Shown here in pieces: positions 51,345-59,970 of a stretch of 64,000 nt of DNA (the stretch's first letter is position 1; each line of letters starts with the position of its first letter). The translations under genes and the position numbers were made by a program. Under the pieces are notes generated by a model, which was not told where the DNA came from, made no database searches, and saw only the letters and a program-made list of their open reading frames with translations. This DNA comes from Candidatus Poribacteria bacterium (lineage in GTDB: Bacteria > Poribacteria > WGA-4E > PCPOR2b): assembly GCA_965208325.1 (NCBI GenBank), contig OZ242326.1, forward strand, positions 928,001-992,000, in the 5' to 3' direction.

Positions 51345-52778
51345 ATGGATACAACGTGCTTCCCTAACCGTCCAATACTGCTCGTGGACGATGAAGAGCA
51401 ATTTTTGTTCAGCGCAAGTTTTGCGTTGATGTCAGAGGGAATTAATCATGTCCGCAAGTGTCACGATAGCCGTGAAGTCATGTCGATACTGTCGAAAGAG
51501 GATTTCTCGGTTGTGGTACTTGATATGTTGATGCCAGGTCTTTCGGGTCGAGACCTTCTACCGCTGATATTGGGTGAATTCCCGGAACTCCCCGTAACGG
51601 TTGTCACCGCTGAAAACAAAGTCGAAATTGCGGTAGAGTGCATGAGAACTGGCGCGTACGACTTCCTCTTAAAACCGGTGAGCAGGACCCGGCTCGTTGC
51701 AACAGTCCTGCGCGGCATTGAAATTAGCGAACTGCGGCGCGAAAATCGGCAACTCAAAGACCGCCTGCTTTCGCACACGTTAGAACAGCCTGAAGCGTTC
51801 TCCGGCATTATAACGCAAGACCGATCGATGTATTCCATATTCCAGTACGTCGAGGCAATCGCCCGAACCAACCTACCAGTATTAATTACAGGGGAAACCG
51901 GTGTTGGAAAAGAACTGATTGCAGCAGCAATCCACAAGGTGAGCGGGCGGGAAGGGGCATTTGTTCCAGTCAATGTGGCGGAGCTTAATGACCATCTATT
52001 TGCGGACACGCTCTTTGGTCACCGGAAAGGGGCATATACCGGCGCAGATTCATCCCGTAAGGGGTTGATTGAGCGAGCGTCAAATGGCACGCTATTCCTT
52101 GACGAAATCGGCGACCTACGCATGGAGTCTCAAGTCAAGCTGCTTCGCCTCCTTCAAGAAGGGAAATACTACCAGCTTGGCGCAGATATTCCGAAGGCTA
52201 GTAACGCTAGAACAGTAGTCTCGACCAATCGAGACATTCAATTTCTGAGAAATACAGAATCTTTTCGCAAAGACCTCTATTTCCGTCTGCAGACCCATCA
52301 TATTCACCTTCCGCCGCTTCGTGAACGCGCAGGTGATATACCACTATTGGCTTCCCATTTCATTGATGAAGCTGCCGAGTCACTGGGTAAATCTATTCCA
52401 GCTGCGCCGCCTGAACTATTTTCCTTACTCGTAAAACACCGTTTCCCGGGAAACATCAGGGAACTTCAAGGTATGGTTTTGGATGCCGTCAGCCGACACA
52501 AAGGCGGAAGCCTTTCTATTCAGTCGTTCCAAGAAAAAATTAACTACAAATCTTCAGATTCTAGCGGCAACGGGGAATCAGCCGAAAATGTATTTGCAGA
52601 CGGGTTGTCTACGCTGCCTCAATTGCCATCCTTGAAAGCTACCGAACAGCTTATGATTGATGAAGCCCTGAAGCGCGCCAATGGAAATCAGACCGTTGCC
52701 GCAAAAATATTGGGTATGTCGAGACAAGCGCTGCACAACCGTCTAGCCCGCGCTCGGTCTTCAGCCAACGACGCGTGA
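51345..52778 (+). CDS. sigma54-dependent response regulator (NtrC family)
   Basis: receiver VDDE/LDMLMP, GETGVGKE, FGHRKGAYTGA, LFLDEIG, FPGNIREL, Fis-type HTH. Confidence 0.95.
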   Translation: MDTTCFPNRPILLVDDEEQFLFSASFALMSEGINHVRKCHDSREVMSILSKEDFSVVVLDMLMPGLSGRDLLPLILGEFPELPVTVVTAENKVEIAVECMRTGAYDFLLKPVSRTRLVATVLRGIEISELRRENRQLKDRLLSHTLEQPEAFSGIITQDRSMYSIFQYVEAIARTNLPVLITGETGVGKELIAAAIHKVSGREGAFVPVNVAELNDHLFADTLFGHRKGAYTGADSSRKGLIERASNGTLFLDEIGDLRMESQVKLLRLLQEGKYYQLGADIPKASNARTVVSTNRDIQFLRNTESFRKDLYFRLQTHHIHLPPLRERAGDIPLLASHFIDEAAESLGKSIPAAPPELFSLLVKHRFPGNIRELQGMVLDAVSRHKGGSLSIQSFQEKINYKSSDSSGNGESAENVFADGLSTLPQLPSLKATEQLMIDEALKRANGNQTVAAKILGMSRQALHNRLARARSSANDA

Positions 52779-53168
52779 AACCTCGTTTGATTGCACCAAA
52801 CGCTAATTCCCAACCTGTAACAACCAGCCTTTCTACACCTTCCCTCATACCGGTGCGGCATGCATCGGAATCCTCATCGTTTGATCCTAGCCATGGCATC
52901 CAGTAACTTCATATCCTAATGTGAAATGCCATTCTGCTGCGCCGCTATGAATCAGTTCGAGAGATTCCATTGCCGGATGCACCTACAGAAGGTGACGCTG
53001 AAAACTCGCTACTGTATAACACAATTCACGTCCGGCCAACCGTGCACGAACAGCAAAATAAACCTTCCGATTGACGCCAATGCGTAAAACCTGAATTCCG
53101 GACTGGTCTTCTTTTTGCTTGATCTTCGTATGGGCATGACATATAATTTGAACCACGCTCCTTATTTG

Positions 53169-53357
53169 AAACCGAGTTTTTTCTTCAAAACTCGGTTTCT
53201 TCATTACATAAGCCAATGCCTTATCGGGGCGGCAAATTATAGCTGCACTAGCGCCTGTAGGAGCAATCTCCGAATCGCGACTCGCCCCAACACAAAACGA
53301 AAGAGAATGGCGCTCCATTTTCAAACCGAGTTTTTTCTTCAGAACTCGGTTTCTTCA
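53169..53357. repeat. two copies of a 35-bp palindromic repeat flanking a GTAG-type REP
   Basis: AAACCGAGTTTTTTCTTCA(A/G)AACTCGGTTTCTTCA at 53169 and 53323; GTAGGAGCAATCTCCGAATCGCGAC between them. Confidence 0.8.
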
Positions 53358-53415
53358 ATGCATCTTTGTTACACAAGACTTATAGATTGGTCGCGGCATA
53401 AATCAGGAGGAAAAC

Positions 53416-54210
53416 GTGGGATTACTTTCAGACAAAGTTGCTGTTGTGACGGGCGCCGGACGGGGCGTTGGCAGAGCGGTTGCTTTCGAGTTGGCCGAGG
53501 CGGGAGCCGCGGTTGCGCTGGCTGCCCGTACGGTCAGTGAGATCGAGAGTGCCGCAGAAACAATCCGAGCGGGCGGGCACCGTTCAATTACGGTCCCCAC
53601 CGACGTAACGCGCCAATCAGAGGTCGATACGCTATTCGCTCGTACCCGCGAAGAACTGGGAGAAGTCGATATTCTCGTGAACAACGCTGCGATAATTGGT
53701 CCCACGGGCAAACTTTGGGAAACGAATCTGTCGGATTGGCACGACATTTTTGACATCAACCTATTCAGCATGGTGCGTTGCGCATCAGCAGCCCTTCCCT
53801 CCATGGTTGAACGGGGCTGCGGCAAGATTATCAACGTCGGATCGACAGCAGGATGGACGGATTCGTGGGTACCCGGAAATGCGGAACAGGCGGCGTATGC
53901 GGCGACTAAAGCGGCAATCATGCGTTTCAGCGTGTGTCTAGCGCAACAAGTCAAAGGTGACGGCGTGAACGTAAATTGCGTCGGCGTGAGCGCTCACACT
54001 CGCATGAGCGACGAGGCCCGCCTGGCGTTAGCGCGGGTGCGCGGCACTCCCCCGCCACCAACGATGGATGACCTCCCAATCAGTCAGCAGGTGCTGCCAG
54101 AGACTAACGCACCGTTATTTGTGTTTTTGGCTTCGTCTATGTCGGACTACATCACCGGCCAGTATCTTGAGGCAAATCAGATGCCCCGCCGCAGGTCTGA
54201 GCATCGTTAA
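53416..54210 (+). CDS. short-chain dehydrogenase/reductase
   Basis: TGAGRGVG, NNAA, YAATK; AGGAGG RBS and GTG start. Confidence 0.92.
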   Translation: MGLLSDKVAVVTGAGRGVGRAVAFELAEAGAAVALAARTVSEIESAAETIRAGGHRSITVPTDVTRQSEVDTLFARTREELGEVDILVNNAAIIGPTGKLWETNLSDWHDIFDINLFSMVRCASAALPSMVERGCGKIINVGSTAGWTDSWVPGNAEQAAYAATKAAIMRFSVCLAQQVKGDGVNVNCVGVSAHTRMSDEARLALARVRGTPPPPTMDDLPISQQVLPETNAPLFVFLASSMSDYITGQYLEANQMPRRRSEHR

Positions 54211-54375
54211 AAAAAGCCGGTAGGGCGGGTTCCTACCGCGCGCGTTTTCATCCAAACGTTTATAGCCATTTACGATTAAATTTACACACACTCAGATACT
54301 CCCCCGATAAGGCTACTATTACCCACAAGTCCGCAAAGTCGGATAGGGTAGGGGTTTCCTCCACTCATTCTTGAC

Positions 54376-54449
54376 GTAACCATGCTGTGAAGCACCTGTG
54401 GGAAGGGCTTCCTAGCCCTGATTATCGGGACAGGGATGTCCCTCCCACA
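54376..54449. repeat. REPIN-like element; inverted copy at 58859-58932
   Basis: 74 bp with 3 mismatches to the reverse complement of 58859-58932; two head-to-head GTGGGA REP-like hairpins. Confidence 0.85.
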
Positions 54450-54483
54450 GCGGAGATGTCTTGTCGATTCATTACAATTATCA

Positions 54484-54676
54484 TTCCCATCCTTACCAAG
54501 GAGGATCAACTGACCGAATATGGAAGGCGATAGTTTTTGTAAAGGTTAAACCGGCAGTCTTACAGACCCCTCTAACTCCCCCTTGGCAAGGGGGAGAATT
54601 TTTCTGTTTTATTCCCTTTCTTACTAAGGCGGATCAACTGAGCGAATAGCGAAGGCGATAGTTTTGGGAGGTTAAC
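54484..54676. repeat. CCCCCTT-N-AAGGGGG-type palindromic repeats carrying two GATCAA...GCGATA insertions
   Basis: CTCCCCCTTGGCAAGGGGGAG hairpin; related hairpins interrupted at 54504 and 54632. Confidence 0.7.
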
Positions 54677-54793
54677 ACCCGTTTTTGATTGAATTAATAT
54701 GTGTAATTTTTGGTTGCAATGACTTTTAATACTAATGGACTCGACTAAAATCCAAACACAAGGCGCAGCGCTCACTGCGTCTAAAGAGGGGAC

Positions 54794-55987
54794 ATGAAAC
54801 AATCACCTATTCGCGTCGGGTTAGTTGGCTCGGGTTTCGTCGCTAAATTCCACAGCTTAGCTTACAACAATCTAGCCTTAGTGTACAATTCTACGCTGCC
54901 GGCGGTCGAACGGATTAGACTCTTTGATGTAACGACTGAACTCGCTGCGGAAGGCGCTGCACAGTTTGGTTGGCAGGAAGCGACTGACGATTGGCGAAAC
55001 ATCACACGCGCCGACGACATCGATCTTGTCGATATTGTTGCGCCGAACTACGCGCACGCGGAGATTGCAGTTGATGCGGCGAGGCACGGCAAACATATTT
55101 TCTGTGAAAAACCGCTTGCGCACGATGTTGCCTCGGCACGGCAAATGGTCGAAGCTGTATTTCAGACTGGATGTACTCACCAAGTGGGATTTGTTTACCG
55201 TATGTGGCCCGCTGTCGCTTTTGCCAAAGAACTCATTGACACCGGTAAAATCGGCCGAATAATCCACTTCCATTCACGGTTCCTACACGATTACGGACTA
55301 GATCCTTCACTGCCGATGAGTTGGCGATTCGAATCGGGTAAAGCCGGCGCCGGCAGCATCGGCGACATCGGGTCTCACGCGATTGATATTGGTAGATACC
55401 TTGTTGGCGACATTGTCCGTGTTTTCGCTCAGTCACGTACATTTGTAAAGAAAAGATTAATAGCCCCGCCCGGATTAAGCAACGCCTTTCGCCGCGGTGA
55501 CAGCGAAATCAAAGAGGTATCCGAGTACGGCGCCGTGGATGTCGACGATGCAACTGACATGTTGGTCGAATTTGAAGACGGCACGATGGGTAATTTTGAG
55601 ACAAATTGGGCGGCGGCAGGTCATGAGAACGAACTCAGTTTTGAGGTGAGCGGCGAGCGCGGCGCCATAAAGTTCAGTTGGCGTCACGCGAATGAATTGT
55701 TAGTGCATTCGGCGGATGATCCGGAGAATCTGAACGGTTTTCGCACAGTCATTATTGGACCCATGCATCCGGAAGCGGAGTCTTTCGGGCCCGTGCCGGG
55801 GCTTGGCATGGGTTATACCGATGCATTTTATATTGCGATGCGTCAGATGGTTGAATCGATCTCCCGTGGAAAGGCGGATAGCCCGAATTTTATAGACGGC
55901 TTGAAAGCCTGCGAGGTAGTGGATGCCGCGGTGCATTCATCCGACTCCGGGAAATGGGAGGAGGTTAATCACAATCCACCGCTGTAA
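54794..55987 (+). CDS. Gfo/Idh/MocA oxidoreductase
   Basis: VGSGFVA, APN, FCEKPLA, GSIGDIGSH, VDVDD. Confidence 0.92.
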   Translation: MKQSPIRVGLVGSGFVAKFHSLAYNNLALVYNSTLPAVERIRLFDVTTELAAEGAAQFGWQEATDDWRNITRADDIDLVDIVAPNYAHAEIAVDAARHGKHIFCEKPLAHDVASARQMVEAVFQTGCTHQVGFVYRMWPAVAFAKELIDTGKIGRIIHFHSRFLHDYGLDPSLPMSWRFESGKAGAGSIGDIGSHAIDIGRYLVGDIVRVFAQSRTFVKKRLIAPPGLSNAFRRGDSEIKEVSEYGAVDVDDATDMLVEFEDGTMGNFETNWAAAGHENELSFEVSGERGAIKFSWRHANELLVHSADDPENLNGFRTVIIGPMHPEAESFGPVPGLGMGYTDAFYIAMRQMVESISRGKADSPNFIDGLKACEVVDAAVHSSDSGKWEEVNHNPPL

Positions 55988-56229
55988 CGCATTACCCCGC
56001 ACGTGCTTTTCCCTACCCCAGTTAATGCGAGTATGCACGGCGTCACCTACTGTAGCCGTTTACATTCATATTTACACACATTCAGATACCCCCCAGATAA
56101 GGGATCAACTGAGCGAATAGCGAACACCGTAGTGAATCCCGCGCGATAGAATTGAACAATTGGGGGACATAGCAGTATCACTATCAGCCAACGTTACATA
56201 TCACGGTATTCAGAAAGGATAAGTTCCAA

Positions 56230-57096
56230 ATGAAGCGTAAGTGGAAAACAGCGTTTCTCACAATCTTGGACTATAGCACTATGCCGTCAACCGATGTGAT
56301 TGAGTCCCTGCGTCGACTGGGGTATGAGGGTATTGAGTGGACTATGGATCACTTTAATCCCGATTTGCCGATTGCACAATTGCGCGAACTCGTCTGGCGC
56401 ACCCGCGACGCTGGAATGGAAGTATCCCAGATTATGGCGCATACCGACCTGATTTCGCTCGACGACGCCGTACGCAAGCAAAAAATCGATCGGATTGTGC
56501 GCGGTATAAGAGCCGCCGGCGAGTGCGGGGTAAGTGCGGTCAGTGTGTTGACGGGACCGTCAATATGGGAGCCCGACCACGTCCGAATTGGAGAGGATAT
56601 GAGCGAGTCGGCTGGCTGGGATCAGGCGATTGAAGCGGTTGAAACTTTCGTCGGAGCCGCTGAGGACTCCAACGTTGTCATCACGTCTGAAGCAGTCTAC
56701 GGCATGCTTGCCCACGATTTCTATACGCACAAATGGTTGGTAGATCAAGTAGACCATCCCGCGCACAGGGTCAATTTCGATCCGTCGCACCACGTCCTCT
56801 ACGGTATAGAAGACATGCGTTGGTTAATCCACCAGTGGGGAGATAGAATCGCTCACGTGCATATCAAGGACGCGGTTGGGATACCGGAACTCAACAAATT
56901 TGTCTTTCCGCTGCTTGGCGAAGGCAGAGTGAACTGGAAGGATTTCTTCGTCGGTCTTGAGGAGATTGACTACCGCGGATTCTGCAGTCTCGAATTTGAG
57001 TCGTTTCGATTCTACCGCCAAGTCCTCAAAAACAACCCGGAAGCCGCCGCCCAGATTTTGCTTGAACAGCTAAACGTACTTCTAGAAGATGATTGA
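56230..57096 (+). CDS. sugar phosphate isomerase/epimerase (xylose isomerase-like TIM barrel)
   Basis: GYEGIE, NFDPSH, HVHIKD, GEGRVNW, Y.G..SLEFE. Confidence 0.9.
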   Translation: MKRKWKTAFLTILDYSTMPSTDVIESLRRLGYEGIEWTMDHFNPDLPIAQLRELVWRTRDAGMEVSQIMAHTDLISLDDAVRKQKIDRIVRGIRAAGECGVSAVSVLTGPSIWEPDHVRIGEDMSESAGWDQAIEAVETFVGAAEDSNVVITSEAVYGMLAHDFYTHKWLVDQVDHPAHRVNFDPSHHVLYGIEDMRWLIHQWGDRIAHVHIKDAVGIPELNKFVFPLLGEGRVNWKDFFVGLEEIDYRGFCSLEFESFRFYRQVLKNNPEAAAQILLEQLNVLLEDD

Positions 57097-57217
57097 GTGC
57101 GCCCGCCGCGAGTCAATAGTCCGAACTTGTAATCATACCGCTGCATCCCTCTTCATCCTAAAATCCAACAATCCAGCAAAACGACACTTGCGCAATCGAA
57201 TATGAAAGGATATTGAA

Positions 57218-57442
57218 GTGAAACCCTTTTGGGTATTTTGTGCATCGATTATTTTTTTTGCTTGTATAAATGTAATGCTTACGGCGTCGCTTAACATTTC
57301 GTCTGGCAGAGCTGGCATCATTGACTTGGTATTACCGTGGGGTGTAATCCTCATCTCGTCCGGCGCCTTTGCTCTCATTGCTTGGGGTTGGTCCCGAGGA
57401 AAATTACGAACCAAAAATCAGTCCGACTCGAAGCAAGATTAG
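57218..57442 (+). CDS. small two-TM membrane protein
   Basis: AAGGA RBS, GTG start, two hydrophobic segments, basic tail. Confidence 0.5.
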   Translation: MKPFWVFCASIIFFACINVMLTASLNISSGRAGIIDLVLPWGVILISSGAFALIAWGWSRGKLRTKNQSDSKQD

Positions 57443-57476
57443 TTTTCGTAGGTTGGGTAGACCGATCAACTGCGCA

Positions 57477-57623
57477 TTTGTAGGTTGGGTTAAGCGATCA
57501 ACCGACCAAAAAGGGAGGGCGATAGTTCTAACCTTTAAAGGAACATCGCCGCATAAAAGCCATTAGCGCCGCACCTTGATTCCGTCTCAAATTCCTCATG
57601 GCGTAGCGAACCCAACGCTTTTC
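57477..57623 (+). repeat. 147-bp direct repeat, copy 1 (interrupted GTAGGTTGGG...CCCAAC REP)
   Basis: highly similar to 58121-58267. Confidence 0.9.
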
Positions 57624-57662
57624 TCTATATTTCGTGTGAAACCGTATTGAGGAATCTCAAAA

Positions 57663-57902
57663 ATGAACCGAAGCAACCATTACGTCAAGATTGTTGAATG
57701 GTCCGATGAAGACCAATGTTATGTTGGCAGTTGCCCAGGACTCTTTTATGGTGGATGCCACGGCGATAATGAACAAGAGGTGTTCGCTGAACTATGTCGC
57801 ATCGTTGAAGAGACGATTGAACTATATCAGCGGGATGCCAGACCCCTACCATCAGCGACATCCGGCAAAGACTACGCTAACAAGATGTTGGAATTTGCCT
57901 AA
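57663..57902 (+). CDS. hicB: HicB-family antitoxin-like protein
   Basis: Y..IVEWSDEDQCYVGSCPGL..GGCHGD...EV...L, PLP. Confidence 0.8.
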   Translation: MNRSNHYVKIVEWSDEDQCYVGSCPGLFYGGCHGDNEQEVFAELCRIVEETIELYQRDARPLPSATSGKDYANKMLEFA

Positions 57903-58120
57903 CAAACCGTAACGCTTTAGCGAGTCATGTTCTTCTAGTTCTTGTAGGTTGGGTAGGGTGATCAACTGAGCGGATAGTTCAAATGAGCGAAAAGCGAATG
58001 CGATAGTCTTCTTTTGTAAAATCCTCCTTATTGACCCGCATCACCCATCGTAGGCGGGGATCAACTGAGTGAATAGCGAAGGCGATAGTTTTCCGCCTGC
58101 CCCGCATTTGTAATCAAATC

Positions 58121-58267
58121 TTTGTAGGTTGGCTTAAGCGATCAACCGACCGAAAAGGGAGGGCGATAGTTCTAACCTTTAAAGACAAAACGCCGCATAA
58201 AAGCCATGAGCGCCGCACCTTGATACCGTCTCAAACTCCTCATGGCGAAGCGAACCCAACGCTTTTC
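58121..58267 (+). repeat. 147-bp direct repeat, copy 2
   Basis: highly similar to 57477-57623. Confidence 0.9.
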
Positions 58268-58858
58268 CCGCCGACAATTCATTTTGTAAAGGGAGCGGCA
58301 CCGCTAGGTGTCTCTCCCTTTTTTTCAGAGTAAAATCAGGAAGGGAACGCACTGGAAAATGGGCGATTTCCGGGAAAGCCGAGGTTGGTGGTTACCTTTT
58401 GTTGAATTGCTCCGGCCCGCTTGTGGTGCGGGTTCATTGAAATCGTGAGGTAACCAAAAGGTAACCAAGAAAAAAGATCTGTAAGTCAATTCAGCGGATT
58501 ATTATGCTAATATATTAGCATATTTTATAGGAGCGATTTAAGACTTTCGCGGGCAGTGGATCGAAGGGAATGTCAAGGCAATCGAGATGCTAAAGGGATG
58601 GTGCATTTTCCGGAAGCGTTTGGAAATGATGGATTTTCAATCTCAGGGAATGTGGGTTGGGTTAAGCCGCCGAATAGGATTAACTGAGCGGATAGCGAAG
58701 GATCAAGCGAGCGAACAGCGAGTGCGATAGTCTTCTCTAGTCTTCACTAGAAATATCCTCGCCCTTGTAAAACCTTACCATTACCCACAAGTCGTTGGAG
58801 GCAGACGCCGTCTCTGTTCGGGGTTAAGAACGATTGATCATTTCGGTATGGTGTACAT

Positions 58859-58932
58859 TGTGGGAGGGACATCCCTATCCCGATAATCAGGGCTAGGAAG
58901 CCCTTCCCACAGATGCTTCACAGCATGCTTAC
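58859..58932. repeat. REPIN-like element, inverted relative to 54376-54449
   Basis: direct sequence comparison. Confidence 0.85.
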
Positions 58933-59149
58933 GGTTATTTTACTTTCCCCCAATGTTTAGAGAGTTATACTTGTTCATTAAGGTGCAATTGCTAGGCAAT
59001 CCAGTGATTCTTCAACACCTTGGATTTTTGAAAATACACTTCGTGAGATGTTTTGGTATTGCTGAGCCTTATTTTGACTCATAACATGGCAGTTTTGCCA
59101 GCAACAAATCCACCTTAAGCCACTGTCTAGTTATTGGGAGTAATTTCAG

Positions 59150-59338
59150 CCAGGTGAGTTCTGGAAGCAGATGCGCGAATTCCCGACCTCCGAGCACAAC
59201 GACGCCCCCGACGCCGTTCAGGGCGCGCTTCGACAAAGAATCACCACCACCCCCAAGCAACGCGAACGCGACGAACGGCGTCGACGCGCACGCGAGGAGT
59301 GGTACGGCGAATACGGTCGCCCGGTCGTCCGTCTATAA
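59150..59338 (+). pseudogene. 3' fragment of a phage terminase large subunit
   Basis: PGEFWKQMREFPTSEHNDAPDAVQGAL resembles the terminase nuclease motif F..Q...FP...HDD.PDA; in-frame stop at 59141 just upstream; abrupt GC rise. Confidence 0.6.
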
Positions 59339-59478
59339 CCCCGGTATTTCCAATTCCGTATCAACAGAGAAGGAATGATACACCTCCGCGGAATCGGTAA
59401 CGCGACACACATCATCAACACCGCGAAAACCGTACCGTTAGCGGGCATTTAGGATTAACCGTCTCGTTTGAAATTAAT

Positions 59479-59507
59479 TTGACTTTAGATACTGGAGTGA
59501 GTATAAT
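59479..59507 (+). promoter_or_regulatory. near-consensus sigma70 promoter
   Basis: TTGACT-N17-TATAAT with an AT-rich upstream element. Confidence 0.85.
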
Positions 59508-59513
59508 TACGTA

Positions 59514-59856
59514 TAGTTTTTTTTAGAAACCCATTTTCCTTATTTATGCAGAAGGAACCCGGACGATGGCGATTTGTAAATGCTAAAAAACTAGGTTGTT
59601 CTGGATATCAACACTGGCGCAAGGTGAGTATGCGCTTTTGACGATAAGCTGTCCGCTAAATTGATGTGGAAACACGCCTACGCGCAAATGTTGATTACAC
59701 CAGGACATCCCGGTTGCATAACCGAGTCCCCTTTTCGTGGCCGGAGAAAGGAAAGCATATCCGAAAGCAATAAAGCGAAGTAAGCACAATCCATGACCAG
59801 ATGGTTTTCTTATATTGGACACGGACCACGATTCAAAAAGGGATCGTGGTTTTTTT
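59514..59856 (+). ncRNA. candidate large structured RNA of unknown class
   Basis: bounded by promoter and terminator; nested helices pair the 5' and 3' halves; no convincing ORF. Confidence 0.6.
59825..59856 (+). terminator. intrinsic terminator
   Basis: ACCACGATTC-AAAAAG-GGATCGTGGT hairpin plus T tract. Confidence 0.85.
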
Positions 59857-59970
59857 GTTGTCATTTATTGATATCCGCACCCGATAAATGGACCTCTCGC
59901 AGCTAAATATTAATTTTGAAATTCAATCCTTACGAAAGCCATACGCCTCCTGAAAACGGGGGAGTTTATC

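Noticed and set aside
52800..52915. Tyrosine recombinase remnant on the minus strand (ACRTGMREG)
   Set aside because: A single short motif with no other catalytic boxes; could be chance.
52983..53540. ORFs spanning the 53.1-53.4 kb region
   Set aside because: They read through palindromic repeats and overlap the SDR gene out of frame.
54200..59000. Integron cassette array
   Set aside because: Repeats separate genes, but they lack attC core-site geometry and no integron integrase is present.
59514..59856. Identification as tmRNA, RNase P, SRP RNA, T-box or cobalamin riboswitch
   Set aside because: Hallmark motifs (tRNA-like ends, GAGGAAAGTCC, CAGG..GGAA..AGCAG, GGTGGTACC, B12 box) not found; a divergent 6S cannot be excluded by eye.
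59583..59864. 93-aa minus-strand ORF MTTKKPRSLF...
   Set aside because: Antisense to a promoter-terminator unit, no RBS and no protein-like features.
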